A stretch of 64,000 bases of DNA, taken from positions 274,144 to 338,143 of the forward strand of contig JBMNIH010000006.1 in NCBI GenBank assembly GCA_050950825.1, in the 5' to 3' direction. The translations under genes and the position numbers were made by a program. Positions 9,433 through 19,567 of this stretch are shown piece after piece (position 1 is the first letter of the stretch; each line of letters begins with the position of its first letter). Source of the stretch: Clostridia bacterium (GTDB lineage: Bacteria > Bacillota > Clostridia > JAAYHZ01). Under the pieces are notes generated by a model. That model searched no databases and was not told the DNA's origin. It worked only from the letters and a program-made list of their open reading frames with translations.

Positions 9433-10836
9433 TTATACCGTTTCTCCTTCTAAGGACCAAGCACCGGCATCCGTAATACGTACGTTAATAATTTCGCCCA
9501 CCGTATCTTCCGGTGCCATAAAGTTTACGATTTTATTGGTATCCGTTCGGCCGGTACAAACCGTCTTATCCGTCTTACTGGGTCCTTCGTTCAATACGGC
9601 TTCGATACGTCCGATATATTCTCTGTTTTTTTTCAACGAGATGGCATCCTGTACTTCCAACAATCTTTGGAATCGGTTGTTTTTTACTTCCTTCGGAATT
9701 TGGTCCTCTCGTTCCGCCGCCTTAGTGCCTTTCCTTACGGAATAGATAAAGGTGTACGCCATGTCGTATTCCGTTTTACGAACAACATCCAAGGTTTCTA
9801 AAAAGTCTTCTTCCGTTTCTCCCGGAAAACCTACGATGATGTCCGTGGTAATGGCGATTCGAGGCATTTTCTCTCGCGCAAAAGAAACGATGTCCATATA
9901 CCTTTGTTTGGTATATCGCCGGTTCATCTCCTTTAGGATCCGGTCGGATCCCGCCTGCAAAGGCAAATGCAAGTGCTTGCAAACCTTATCCAATTCGCTC
10001 ATGGCAATAATCAGGGAATCCGATATGTCCTTCGGATGGGAAGTCATAAACCGAATTCGCTCGATTCCCTTCACTTCGCTCAATCGATACAAAAGCTCCG
10101 TAAAGTCCGTCTTTTCTTCCAAAGTTTTTCCGTAGGAGTTGACGTTCTGTCCTAACAGCGTGATTTCTTTGACACCGTCCTCGGCAAGTATTCGGGCTTC
10201 TTCCAATATGTCGAAAGGCGCACGGCTTCTCTCCCGTCCCCTTACATAAGGAACGATGCAGTAAGAGCAAAAGTTGTTGCAGCCGTACATGATGCTCAGC
10301 CAAGCCTTGTATTTATGCTCCCTTTTTAAAGGCACTCCTTCCGGAATATATCCTTCCGTATCGTATACGCTGATAACGCATTTTTCCTCCGTCAATCGCT
10401 CGTAAAGGTTTTTCGGAAGCTCGTGAATGTTTCGGGTGCCGAAAACCAAATCCACATGCTTGTATTTGTTTTTTATCTCCTCCACCACATGAGGCTCTTG
10501 CATCATGCATCCGGCAACGGCGATCATCATCCAAGGCTTTTCTCTTTTTAACCCTTTTAACGCCCCCAAATGACCGAATACCTTTAATTCGGCATTTTCT
10601 CTTACGCAGCAAGTGTTAAACAGCACAAAATCCGCCGTTTCCATGTCGGAGGCCGGCGTAAAGCCCATCATCTCCAGCATCCCGGTGTATTTTTCCGATT
10701 CGTTCTCGTTCATTTGGCATCCGAAGGTTCGGATATAGTAGGTGGGGGGCTTTCGATCCGGACGGATACTTCCGATCCTCTCCCTCACTTCTTGAATATA
10801 TCGGGCTTGGGTTTCAAAATCGATTCGTTCTGTCAT
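9433..10836 (-). CDS. miaB: tRNA-2-methylthio-i6A synthase MiaB
   Basis: TFGCQMN, NTCCVRENAE, radical-SAM CNNFCSYC, IVGFPGET, C-terminal TRAM domain. Confidence 0.96.
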   Translation of the reverse strand: MTERIDFETQARYIQEVRERIGSIRPDRKPPTYYIRTFGCQMNENESEKYTGMLEMMGFTPASDMETADFVLFNTCCVRENAELKVFGHLGALKGLKREKPWMMIAVAGCMMQEPHVVEEIKNKYKHVDLVFGTRNIHELPKNLYERLTEEKCVISVYDTEGYIPEGVPLKREHKYKAWLSIMYGCNNFCSYCIVPYVRGRERSRAPFDILEEARILAEDGVKEITLLGQNVNSYGKTLEEKTDFTELLYRLSEVKGIERIRFMTSHPKDISDSLIIAMSELDKVCKHLHLPLQAGSDRILKEMNRRYTKQRYMDIVSFAREKMPRIAITTDIIVGFPGETEEDFLETLDVVRKTEYDMAYTFIYSVRKGTKAAEREDQIPKEVKNNRFQRLLEVQDAISLKKNREYIGRIEAVLNEGPSKTDKTVCTGRTDTNKIVNFMAPEDTVGEIINVRITDAGAWSLEGETV

Positions 10837-10852
10837 CTTTTTCTTCCTTGCT

Positions 10853-12166
10853 TTACTCCTCGTATCCGGGCTTCCCTAACAACCGGAACATATTGGTTTT
10901 GTAGGCTTCGACACCGGGTTGATCAAAGGGGTTGACGCCCAACATGTATCCGCTGATTCCGCAGGCTTTTTCGAAAAAGTAAATCATTCGGCCTAAGGAT
11001 TCCTCGTTCAGGCGGTCAACCGAAACGGTAAGATTGGGAATCCCGCCTTTCACATGGGCCAAAACGGTACCCTTTGCCGCCATCTTGTTGATATGGTCCA
11101 AGCTTTTTCCGGCAAGATAGTTCAATCCGTCGCTGTTCTTTTCGTCATGGAGCATGTTCGTATCTTTATACGGTTGTTCAATCGTCAGGCCGGTTTCAAA
11201 CAAGATGCGCATTCCGTCTTGAACGTACTGCCCCATGGAATGAAGGTCCGCCGTAAAATCACAGCCTGCAGGGAAAATTCCCATTTTGTCTTTTCCTTCG
11301 CTTTCACCGTAAAGCTGCTTCCACCATTCGGTAAAATAGCGGAGGTTGGGTTCATAATGGATCATAAGCTCGATATATTTCCCTTTTTGATACAGGATGT
11401 TCCGGCACAAAGCGTACATGCAAGAAGGATTTTCTTCCGCCTTCTTATTCAAGGTTTCCGATCGCATATCCGCCGCACCCTTCATCAAGGCGTTTATATC
11501 AAACCCGGCTGCCGCTATGGGCAAAAGGCCTACCGGCGTCAATACGCTGTATCGTCCTCCCACGTCATCCGGTATGACAAAGGTTTCGTATCCTTCTTCG
11601 TCGGCCAGAGCCTTCAAGGCTCCTCTTTTTGCATCGGTGGTGGCATAGATTCTTTTTGCCGCTTCCTTTTTGCCGTATTTTTTCTCCATAAGGTCTTTGA
11701 AAAACCGAAAAGCGACGGCAGGCTCCGTGGTGGTTCCGGATTTGGAAATCACGTTCACGGATAAGTCGTAGTCCTTCACGGCATCCAGCATTTCGAGTAA
11801 GTAAGCGGAGCTTAAGTTGTTCCCGGCAAACAAAACCATGGTCTTCTTGCCTTTTCCGAAAGGCAAAAGACCGGAAAAATGCCCGGATAAAGCGTCAATG
11901 ACCGCTTTTGCGCCCAAATAGGAACCGCCGATTCCAATGACAACCAAGATATCGCTGTCTTCCTTTATTTTAGCTGCACATTCCGAAACTTTCGCAAATT
12001 CTATCTTGTCGTATCGTACCGGCAAATCCAGCCACCCTAAAAAACCGTTCCCGGGTCCTTTTCGAGATTCCAACAACTGCATCGCATGCTCCGCTGTCGG
12101 AATCCGGTGTTCGATTTCATGAGGATATATGAAATCCTTCGCATATGTGTAATCAAATTTAAGCAT
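10853..12166 (-). CDS. pgi: Glucose-6-phosphate isomerase
   Basis: GIGGSYLG, SKSGTTTE, GGRYSV, ESEGK, NPFDQPGVEAYK. Confidence 0.97.
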   Translation of the reverse strand: MLKFDYTYAKDFIYPHEIEHRIPTAEHAMQLLESRKGPGNGFLGWLDLPVRYDKIEFAKVSECAAKIKEDSDILVVIGIGGSYLGAKAVIDALSGHFSGLLPFGKGKKTMVLFAGNNLSSAYLLEMLDAVKDYDLSVNVISKSGTTTEPAVAFRFFKDLMEKKYGKKEAAKRIYATTDAKRGALKALADEEGYETFVIPDDVGGRYSVLTPVGLLPIAAAGFDINALMKGAADMRSETLNKKAEENPSCMYALCRNILYQKGKYIELMIHYEPNLRYFTEWWKQLYGESEGKDKMGIFPAGCDFTADLHSMGQYVQDGMRILFETGLTIEQPYKDTNMLHDEKNSDGLNYLAGKSLDHINKMAAKGTVLAHVKGGIPNLTVSVDRLNEESLGRMIYFFEKACGISGYMLGVNPFDQPGVEAYKTNMFRLLGKPGYEE

Positions 12167-12285
12167 TCGGCACCTCTTTGTATTCTGTATGTTATTCTCG
12201 TATGATTTCTTATGTTTTTCAATTCAAGATTCTTTATATTATACCACGTCGCACAACGATGCAGTCAGGGATTTTTGTTTGATTT

Positions 12286-12795
12286 TTAAAAAGATTCGAA
12301 AGAAACCACTTCTTCGAAGCTCTTTCGAGGACGAGGCGGGGTTTCCTTCGCCGGATAGCCTAACGGCGTAACGGCAACCACAACGGCTTCTTCCGGGATG
12401 TTCAGAATTTCTTTTACCTTATCCTGCTGAAAGCTTCCTATCCAGCAGGTTCCCAAACCCTGCTCGTAAGCTTCCAGAATCATATGGGTCATGGCGATAG
12501 ACACGTCCACGATATGCCTCGGAATACCGCATCCCATGTTGCCGTAGTCTTTTAATGCGCAAGCGGCGATAAATACGGGGGCTTCTCCTACAAAGGTTTG
12601 GTTGTTGCAGGCTTCCGTCAGACGCCGGATGGTGTTCTTGTCCGTTACGGCAATGAACTTCCAATTTTGAAGGTTTCGAGCCGAGGGGGCCAGCCGTGCC
12701 GCTTCCAATACCGCTTTTAATTTTTCCGGTTCCACTTCCTTCGGCAAATAGCTTCTTACGCTTCTTCTGCCTTTGATAGCCGTCATAACATCCAT
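12286..12795 (-). CDS. Nitroreductase family protein
   Basis: RRSVRSY, APSARNLQNW, GLGTCWIG, LGYP. Confidence 0.92.
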   Translation of the reverse strand: MDVMTAIKGRRSVRSYLPKEVEPEKLKAVLEAARLAPSARNLQNWKFIAVTDKNTIRRLTEACNNQTFVGEAPVFIAACALKDYGNMGCGIPRHIVDVSIAMTHMILEAYEQGLGTCWIGSFQQDKVKEILNIPEEAVVVAVTPLGYPAKETPPRPRKSFEEVVSFESF

Positions 12796-12827
12796 TCTTT
12801 GATCCCTACCTTTCTTTTTATAAATAA

Positions 12828-12856
12828 TCCCCCGCTTTCTTTGTTGAGGCGGGGGA
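12828..12856 (-). terminator. Stem-loop after HAD gene, probable terminator
   Basis: Inverted repeat TCCCCCGC...GCGGGGGA followed on the minus strand by an AT-rich tract. Confidence 0.55.
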
Positions 12857-12861
12857 CTTTT

Positions 12862-13503
12862 TTAAAATATCGTTTCTATATCCAAGGTGCTGTCAAAGAT
12901 GTAATCGGGTTTTTCCGCCTCCAATCTCTTGCGAGGAAAAGAGGATGTAATGGCGATGCAGCGCATTCCGGCGGCCTTCGCCGCTTGGATGCCGTTTACG
13001 GCATCTTCCACCACCCAGCAGTTCTCGGAAGGCAGGCCTAAACGCTCTCCCCCCTTAAGGAAGATATCCGGTGCCGGTTTTTTCCGAACCACGTCTTCCC
13101 CGGTTAACACCGCTTGGAAAAGATCAAAGGCGATTCCTGCGGTTTTTAAATTGAGCTTCACCTTGATCATATCGGCGCTGCTGGCCAGTGCCAGTCGGTA
13201 TCCTTTTTTCGATAAACGAACCAGCATTTCCGGTACCCCGGCATAAATCTTCAAATGCTTCTCCACCAGATCCCCGTAAATCTTGTAAACCAAGGCCTTC
13301 ATTTCGGGAACATAAGGTACGCCGTATTTTTCCGAAACGCCGCCGACAAAACGATCCTCACCGGCACCCACAAAGGGGTCGAAATCCTCCGGCTTCGCGA
13401 AGACGCCGTATTCTTTTAATCCTCGGATGGCCGCCATTCGTATTACCGGTTCGCTGTCCACCAGTACGCCATCCATATCAAAAATGATACCCGTATCTTT
13501 CAT
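12862..13503 (-). CDS. HAD-IA family phosphatase (beta-PGM/CbbY-like)
   Basis: FDMDGVLVDSE, ASS, KPAPD, VEDAVNG. Confidence 0.9.
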   Translation of the reverse strand: MKDTGIIFDMDGVLVDSEPVIRMAAIRGLKEYGVFAKPEDFDPFVGAGEDRFVGGVSEKYGVPYVPEMKALVYKIYGDLVEKHLKIYAGVPEMLVRLSKKGYRLALASSADMIKVKLNLKTAGIAFDLFQAVLTGEDVVRKKPAPDIFLKGGERLGLPSENCWVVEDAVNGIQAAKAAGMRCIAITSSFPRKRLEAEKPDYIFDSTLDIETIF

Positions 13504-13507
13504 TACC

Positions 13508-14383
13508 TTACCCTTTTACATTGTCCAGAGGAACCAGCTTCAACGCGTTCTTGAAGTAAATCTTGTCCTTGACTTCTTGGCTCAAATTCAAGGATTCCAA
13601 AAATTCTTGATGCTGGTTGTCGAAATAGTCTCTTCCGTACATGATACGATCTTGGTATTCGTTCAAGAACCACAAAGCAAATTCGGGATCTCGTTTCAAG
13701 GCGTTGCATCCGGAGCCTGCGGAAATGTCGCAGTACAAATTCGGATAATCGTTCAGCATTTGAATCAATTTTCCGCCTTCCACCACTTTTCCTTTCGGAT
13801 AAGCGACGGTTTTGTATTGATCGTCACCGGAGATATGCGCCCAAAAGCCCGGTGCATGACCGATGAAAACGGTGTTTTCGCATTCGGCGATGGCTCTTTC
13901 AAAGGCTTCGATTCCTCCGCCGTACCAATAATTAGGCCTCGGATACGCTCTTCCCGTGTCGAATTCGTAATCGATATGTACCAGAACCGGTACTTTTTTC
14001 TCACCGCAGAATTTATACATTCTTATGGCATCCCGATTGTCGTACATCATTCTCAATTTCAATTCCCCGTATACTCTTGCACCGTGAATGGTGATGGCCG
14101 CATCCATCTTGTCGATGGCGTCCGGTTCTCTCGGGTCCGGCGCATAGCCTAAAACGAAGCGATCGGGGTATTTTTCCTTGTAACGAAGGCAGTTGTCAAA
14201 AGGTATGCACTTTCCTTGGTTCAAAGGGGATATGTTTTTATTGTAGCTCGGAGAATATTCCGAAGGAGGGCACTCCCACGACAAAATCCATGTAATGTCG
14301 ATGTTGTACATATCCATGTTTTCTATGAATTTTTCCACATTATGATGATGCCAATCCGGATGATTGTGTACATCAATGATCAT
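13508..14383 (-). CDS. Amidohydrolase-2 family protein
   Basis: IIDVHNH, GELK, FIGH, DISA, YGRD; start set at ATG 14383 behind GGAGG. Confidence 0.82.
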   Translation of the reverse strand: MIIDVHNHPDWHHHNVEKFIENMDMYNIDITWILSWECPPSEYSPSYNKNISPLNQGKCIPFDNCLRYKEKYPDRFVLGYAPDPREPDAIDKMDAAITIHGARVYGELKLRMMYDNRDAIRMYKFCGEKKVPVLVHIDYEFDTGRAYPRPNYWYGGGIEAFERAIAECENTVFIGHAPGFWAHISGDDQYKTVAYPKGKVVEGGKLIQMLNDYPNLYCDISAGSGCNALKRDPEFALWFLNEYQDRIMYGRDYFDNQHQEFLESLNLSQEVKDKIYFKNALKLVPLDNVKG

Positions 14384-14401
14384 AAGTCTTACCTCCAATA
14401 A

Positions 14402-15334
14402 TTATTTGATGCGAAGCACCTTTTTTCTGTATTGCAAGGGGCTAAGCCCGGTTTGCTGTTTGAACAAACGATTGAAGTAATTGATATTGTTAAATCCTAC
14501 CGCAAAGCAAATGTCGTAAACACTGTCCGTATAGTTCTTCACCAAAAGCTCCGTAGCCCTTTTGATTCTTAAGTAATTGACATATTCGGTAAAGGTCTTT
14601 TGCGTTAAGTTTTTAAACAAATAACGAAAATAGGATCCGGAGACCATGGCTATTTTCGCAACGTCCTCTACTTTAATGTCATAGATAAAATTGTTATCAA
14701 TATATTCCCTGGCTTTAATCAGGTTTTCTTTATGCCTGTCCAACAAAATGTTGTGAGCCGGAATTTCCGCTTCGCTTTTTTTGTATTCTCGGGACAAGAT
14801 GATCAAAAGCTTTAAAAGAAGAGACTTAAACATCAGCTCAAAGTCGTCGTCCATTTCCCTGTACTCTACAATCATCTCGTTTAATATTCGTTCCACTTCG
14901 TCCCGGCTTTTTCCTCTTAGGTTCAACCGAGGCTTGATCTTGTTTTCGGTAACCAAAAAAGGCTCTAAGTAAGCAAAGTCAAAGAATCTTTCACTTGTTT
15001 CTTCCGGTGAAAATCTCTCGTTAATGTATTGGGGCATAAACTCCAGCTCGATGATTTCGGCTTCCGGGTCCTGGTTTTCACCGAAGCGATGAGGAACATA
15101 AGGGGGAATTACGAAGATATCCCCTTGGATCAACTCAAAGTAGTTGTCGTTGATGTAGTGCTTGACCCTGCCTTTGGCAATGTACTCGATCTGGACGTAC
15201 TCATGCCTATGCTTATTAATTCGGAATTGTGCCGCCGTAAGCCGGGTGATGAAAAAGGGCAGTCTATGCTCGTTGTCCAGCTTCAGCAGCACAATGTCTT
15301 TGTATTCTTTTTTGTCCAAAAAAGAATAATCCAC
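14402..15334 (-). CDS. AraC family regulator (cupin + HTH)
   Basis: HRHEYVQIEY cupin; C-terminal VGFNNINYFNRLFKQQTGLSPLQYR. Confidence 0.92.
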   Translation of the reverse strand: MDYSFLDKKEYKDIVLLKLDNEHRLPFFITRLTAAQFRINKHRHEYVQIEYIAKGRVKHYINDNYFELIQGDIFVIPPYVPHRFGENQDPEAEIIELEFMPQYINERFSPEETSERFFDFAYLEPFLVTENKIKPRLNLRGKSRDEVERILNEMIVEYREMDDDFELMFKSLLLKLLIILSREYKKSEAEIPAHNILLDRHKENLIKAREYIDNNFIYDIKVEDVAKIAMVSGSYFRYLFKNLTQKTFTEYVNYLRIKRATELLVKNYTDSVYDICFAVGFNNINYFNRLFKQQTGLSPLQYRKKVLRIK

Positions 15335-15355
15335 AGTGAACCTTCCTTTTTGCCG

Positions 15356-17743
15356 TTACTGTCTTAAAACGGCGTTCAGTTCTTTTTGCAGCGATTCGAT
15401 CATTTTTTCCATGATGCCGCTCACTTCCGAATCCTGCAAAGTACGATCTTCCGCACGAAATACGACGGAAAATGCAACGCTCTTTTTGCCTTCGCCGATC
15501 TGCTTGCCTCTGAAAATGTCGAACAATTCCACTTGTTCAAGGTATTTTCCGCCGTTTGCTTTGATTACACTTTCCATGTCCCCTACCGTAACCTTTTCCT
15601 CAACAACCAAAGCCAAATCTCGAGTAATGGCCGGGAATCGCGGCAGAGGCTCGTATTTGCGTTCCACGGAGGACAGTTTGATCAACTGCTCTGTGTCCAT
15701 AACACCGCAGAGGGTTCCTTCGGGAACTTCAAAATTCTCACATACCGTCGGATGGATCACGCCGATTACGCCTAAGGTTACACCGTTGGATATTACCTTT
15801 GCCGTTCTTCCGGGATGAAACTCCTTCAATCCCGTTTCCCGCACGTATTCCACGTCTTTTATTCCCAATTCCTCCGTCAATGTTTCGATGATACCCTTTA
15901 TGTGATAGAAATCGTAAGATTCTCCGTAAAGTCCTATACACAGTTGGGCTTTTTGTACGGAGCATTCCTTATTGTCGGCTTTTTCATATACATTCGCCAA
16001 CTCGAAAAGCTCTCCTTTGACGATGGAACGGCTGTAGTTTCTTGCAATTACCGACAGCATATCCGGGATCATGACGGTCCTCATAATCTTGAACTCTTCC
16101 CCGAGGGGATTTCGGATCTCTACGGCGTTTCTTCGAGGATCGTCCTTTTCCATTTCCATCTTATCAAAAACATTCTTTCCTGTAAACGAATAGGTGCAAA
16201 TCTCGTTCAATCCGCATGCGGACATTACGTTTCGTATAACATCCGTCATTTTTTGAGAATAGCTTTTGCTTCCCTTGGTAATGGATTTTCCTTCTAACAA
16301 CGTAGACGCAATATTGTTGTAACCGTAAAAACGGGCTACCTCCTCCGCAATATCGGCGGTCTCTACGATATCTCCCCTAAAGGAGGGGACACGGATTACC
16401 ATATTCTTAAGATCCGTTCGAAGCTCCAGTCGATTCAAAATTTCCGCCATTACCTCCATGGGTATGTCGGTACCCAATAACCGATTGACCTTATCCGGTT
16501 CAAACGGAAGAACTCTTTCGGAGGAATTCGAATAGTTCACGTCCACACGGCCTTTTCGGACCGTACCGGCTCCGAGAAGCTCCGTCAATTCGCATGCCCG
16601 ATCCAATGCCGGGACGGTATTTTGAGGATCCAAGCCTTTTTCAAACAAGGCCGAAGAATCGGTACGCATGCCCAATCGTTTTGCAGTCAAACGTACCGAC
16701 TTTTTATTGAAGTTTGCCGACTCGAACAAAATCCTCGTCGTTTGTTCGGTGATTCCCGAATACGCTCCTCCCATGATACCGGCAACGGCCAGGGCTTTTT
16801 CGGGGTCGGCGATTACAAGCATATTTTCATCCAATTTACGAGGTTGGTCGTCCAGGGTTTCCAAGGTTTCGCCCGGCTTCGCTCTACGTACGATAATGGT
16901 ATTGTCTTTGATCTTATCCAAATCGAATGCGTGCATGGGCTGGCCGTACTCCAACAGCACGTAGTTGGTAATATCCACGATGTTGTTAATGGGGCGAATA
17001 CCACATTCCATAAGTCTTTTCCGCATCCAATACGGAGAAGGCTCGATTTTTACGTTCTCCACCACCCGAGAAGAGTATCTTGTACATAAATCCCTGTCCT
17101 CGATTTTAATGGTTACAAGCTCTCCTAACGGTACTCCTTCTTCTTTCACCATCGGTTTTGTATGCCGGAAGGGTTTTTCCAAGGTTGCCGCCGCTTCTCT
17201 GGCAATGCCGATGACGGAGTAGCAGTCCGGACGGTTGGGAGTAATTTCGAATTCGATCACATTTTCGTCCAAGCCTAATACGTCTTTTATATCCGTTCCG
17301 GGTTTTACGTCCTTGTCCAGAATCAATATACCGTCTTCAACGGCATCGGGAAACTCGTGCTTGGAAAGGTCCAGCTCTTCCAAGCTGCACATCATACCGA
17401 AAGATTCCAAGCCTCTTAATTTCCCCTTCTTTATCTTTACGCCTCCGGGAAGCTCCGCTCCGTGAAGGGCTACGGGAACAACATCTCCTTCTTTCACGTT
17501 GTTTGCGCCGGTAATGATTTGAATCGTTTCACCGCCTACGTCCACTTGGGCAACCGAAAGCTTATCCGCATCCGGGTGTTTTCCTAAGGATACGATTTTC
17601 CCCGCCACAACATTTTTTATTTGTTCCCCTCTGTTGGTAATCCCTTCTACCTTGGAACCGCTCATGGTCATTTTGCTTGACAATTCGCGAGCATCTATAT
17701 CAATATCTACGTATTCCGCTAACCAGCCAACAGGTACTTTCAT
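15356..17743 (-). CDS. pheT: Phenylalanine-tRNA ligase beta subunit
   Basis: HPDADKL, EITPNRPD, RPINNIVDITNY, FDX-ACB C-terminus. Confidence 0.98.
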   Translation of the reverse strand: MKVPVGWLAEYVDIDIDARELSSKMTMSGSKVEGITNRGEQIKNVVAGKIVSLGKHPDADKLSVAQVDVGGETIQIITGANNVKEGDVVPVALHGAELPGGVKIKKGKLRGLESFGMMCSLEELDLSKHEFPDAVEDGILILDKDVKPGTDIKDVLGLDENVIEFEITPNRPDCYSVIGIAREAAATLEKPFRHTKPMVKEEGVPLGELVTIKIEDRDLCTRYSSRVVENVKIEPSPYWMRKRLMECGIRPINNIVDITNYVLLEYGQPMHAFDLDKIKDNTIIVRRAKPGETLETLDDQPRKLDENMLVIADPEKALAVAGIMGGAYSGITEQTTRILFESANFNKKSVRLTAKRLGMRTDSSALFEKGLDPQNTVPALDRACELTELLGAGTVRKGRVDVNYSNSSERVLPFEPDKVNRLLGTDIPMEVMAEILNRLELRTDLKNMVIRVPSFRGDIVETADIAEEVARFYGYNNIASTLLEGKSITKGSKSYSQKMTDVIRNVMSACGLNEICTYSFTGKNVFDKMEMEKDDPRRNAVEIRNPLGEEFKIMRTVMIPDMLSVIARNYSRSIVKGELFELANVYEKADNKECSVQKAQLCIGLYGESYDFYHIKGIIETLTEELGIKDVEYVRETGLKEFHPGRTAKVISNGVTLGVIGVIHPTVCENFEVPEGTLCGVMDTEQLIKLSSVERKYEPLPRFPAITRDLALVVEEKVTVGDMESVIKANGGKYLEQVELFDIFRGKQIGEGKKSVAFSVVFRAEDRTLQDSEVSGIMEKMIESLQKELNAVLRQ

Positions 17744-17758
17744 ATTCCGCCTCCTATC

Positions 17759-18778
17759 TTAAAACTGTTTCAAGAAACGCAAATCGTTTTCAAACAGCAG
17801 CCGCATGTCGTTGATACCGGATAAGCTCATGGCCACACGGTCAATTCCCATTCCGAATGCAAATCCGCTGTATATATCCGGATCCAGTCCGCAGTTTCTT
17901 AAAACGTTGGGATGCACCATTCCCGCACCTAATATTTCCACCCATCCTTCGAACTTGCACATTTTGCAGCCCTTGCCTCCGCAGGTCCAGCAGGTAACGT
18001 CCACTTCGGCACTGGGTTCCGTAAACGGGAAATGGTGAGGTCGTAAACGTATATCGGTGGTTTCGCCGAACAGGCTTTTGGCCGCTAACTTCAACGTACC
18101 CACCAAATCTCCCATGGTGACGCCTTTGTCCACTACCAAGCCTTCCACCTGATGGAATATGGGCGAATGGGTTGCGTCCACATCGTCCGAACGATATACT
18201 CTTCCGGGACAGATAATTTTAATGGGAGGTTTTTGACTCTGCATAACCCGGATCTGAACCGGAGACGTTTGCGTTCTCAAGCATACAAGGTCGTTGATAT
18301 AGAAGGTGTCTTGCTCGTCTCGGGAAGGATGTTCTTCCGGAGCGTTCAAAGCGTCGAAATTATGATAAACCGTTTCAATTTCCGGTCCTTCTGCAATTTG
18401 GTATCCTAATCCCAAAAAAATCTCGATGATTTTTTCCGTAGTTTGGGTTATCGGGTGTTTTCTGCCTAAGGTAATTTTCTTACCGGGTACCGTTATGTCA
18501 ATGATTTCACGATTGAGTTTTTCTTCTTTTTCTTTTTGCTTCAACTGCAAAGCGACTTCTTCCAGGAAATTTTCAATGTCTTGTCTCGCTTCGTTGGCAA
18601 GCTTTCCGATTAAAGGCCGTTCTTCCGCCGTAAGCTTCCCCATTTCTCTTAAGACCAAAGTCAGCTCGCCTTTTTTACCTAAAAAGGCGACTCGAATGTC
18701 TTCCAAGCTTTTCAGGGTATCGGCTTCCTTGATTAAGCCGAAAGCTTTATCCCGGATCGCTTCTATTTTCTGCTTCAT
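17759..18778 (-). CDS. pheS: Phenylalanine-tRNA ligase alpha subunit
   Basis: HPSRDEQDTF, LRTQTSP, FPFTEPS, GFAFGMG; start at ATG 18778 (MKQKIE) behind AAAGGAG. Confidence 0.97.
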   Translation of the reverse strand: MKQKIEAIRDKAFGLIKEADTLKSLEDIRVAFLGKKGELTLVLREMGKLTAEERPLIGKLANEARQDIENFLEEVALQLKQKEKEEKLNREIIDITVPGKKITLGRKHPITQTTEKIIEIFLGLGYQIAEGPEIETVYHNFDALNAPEEHPSRDEQDTFYINDLVCLRTQTSPVQIRVMQSQKPPIKIICPGRVYRSDDVDATHSPIFHQVEGLVVDKGVTMGDLVGTLKLAAKSLFGETTDIRLRPHHFPFTEPSAEVDVTCWTCGGKGCKMCKFEGWVEILGAGMVHPNVLRNCGLDPDIYSGFAFGMGIDRVAMSLSGINDMRLLFENDLRFLKQF

Positions 18779-18880
18779 AGGATGTGCTCCTTTCCTTTCT
18801 TTCACCCTTTGCATACAAAAGTCCAAGTACACAAAGTATATCATAATTCATTTTAAACGACAATAAATCCATTTTTATGC

Positions 18881-19567
18881 TTATTTATCGGTTAATATCG
18901 AAAACTCCGTCCAAGGCCATTCTCGGGGAGGATTCTTTTCAAATACCATTTTTTCTTTTTTTACGGGGTGAACAAATGCCAGGGAATAGGACCACAAGGC
19001 AAGCCTGGATAAGCCTTTTGTTCTTTTCCCGTATTTTACGTCGCCGCAGACCGGGCATCCGATTTGCGCAAATTGCACTCGGATTTGATGAGGCCTCCCG
19101 GTATGAAGCTTTATTTTTACCAACGATCGATTCGAAACGGTCCGGCACTGTTCGTATTCCAAAATCGCTTCCTTTGCATTTTCCGCATCCTCATTCGTCC
19201 AAATCGTCTTGTTGGTTTTTTCGTCTTTAACAAGATAGGACCGAAGAATTCCTTTAGGGCTTTGCAAAACTCCTTCCAATACGGCTAAATACCGTTTTTC
19301 CATTTCGTTTTTCCGAATAGTCTCGGACAGCCTCGATGCCGCTTTGGAGGTTTTCGCAAATACCATCACGCCTCCTACGCCCCTGTCCAAACGATGAACA
19401 AGTCCAAGGTAAGCATCTCCCGGTTTATTGTACTTATCAACCAAATACTTTTTCAGTAAAGTCAACATATCCGGATCTCCGGTTTTGTCTTCTTGGGACA
19501 AGATTCCCGGAGGCTTTACGGCGACGATAATATGGTTATCCTCGTACAAAATCTCGATATCATTCAT
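18881..19567 (-). CDS. RluA family pseudouridine synthase
   Basis: VHRLDRGVGG, TGRPHQIR, GDVKYG. Confidence 0.93.
   Translation of the reverse strand: MNDIEILYEDNHIIVAVKPPGILSQEDKTGDPDMLTLLKKYLVDKYNKPGDAYLGLVHRLDRGVGGVMVFAKTSKAASRLSETIRKNEMEKRYLAVLEGVLQSPKGILRSYLVKDEKTNKTIWTNEDAENAKEAILEYEQCRTVSNRSLVKIKLHTGRPHQIRVQFAQIGCPVCGDVKYGKRTKGLSRLALWSYSLAFVHPVKKEKMVFEKNPPREWPWTEFSILTDK

Noticed and set aside
18779-18844. N-terminal extensions in the ORF track for pheS (and likewise at 51654, 50869, 50005, 48738, 20459)
   Set aside because: Downstream ATGs have better RBS spacing or match where family similarity begins
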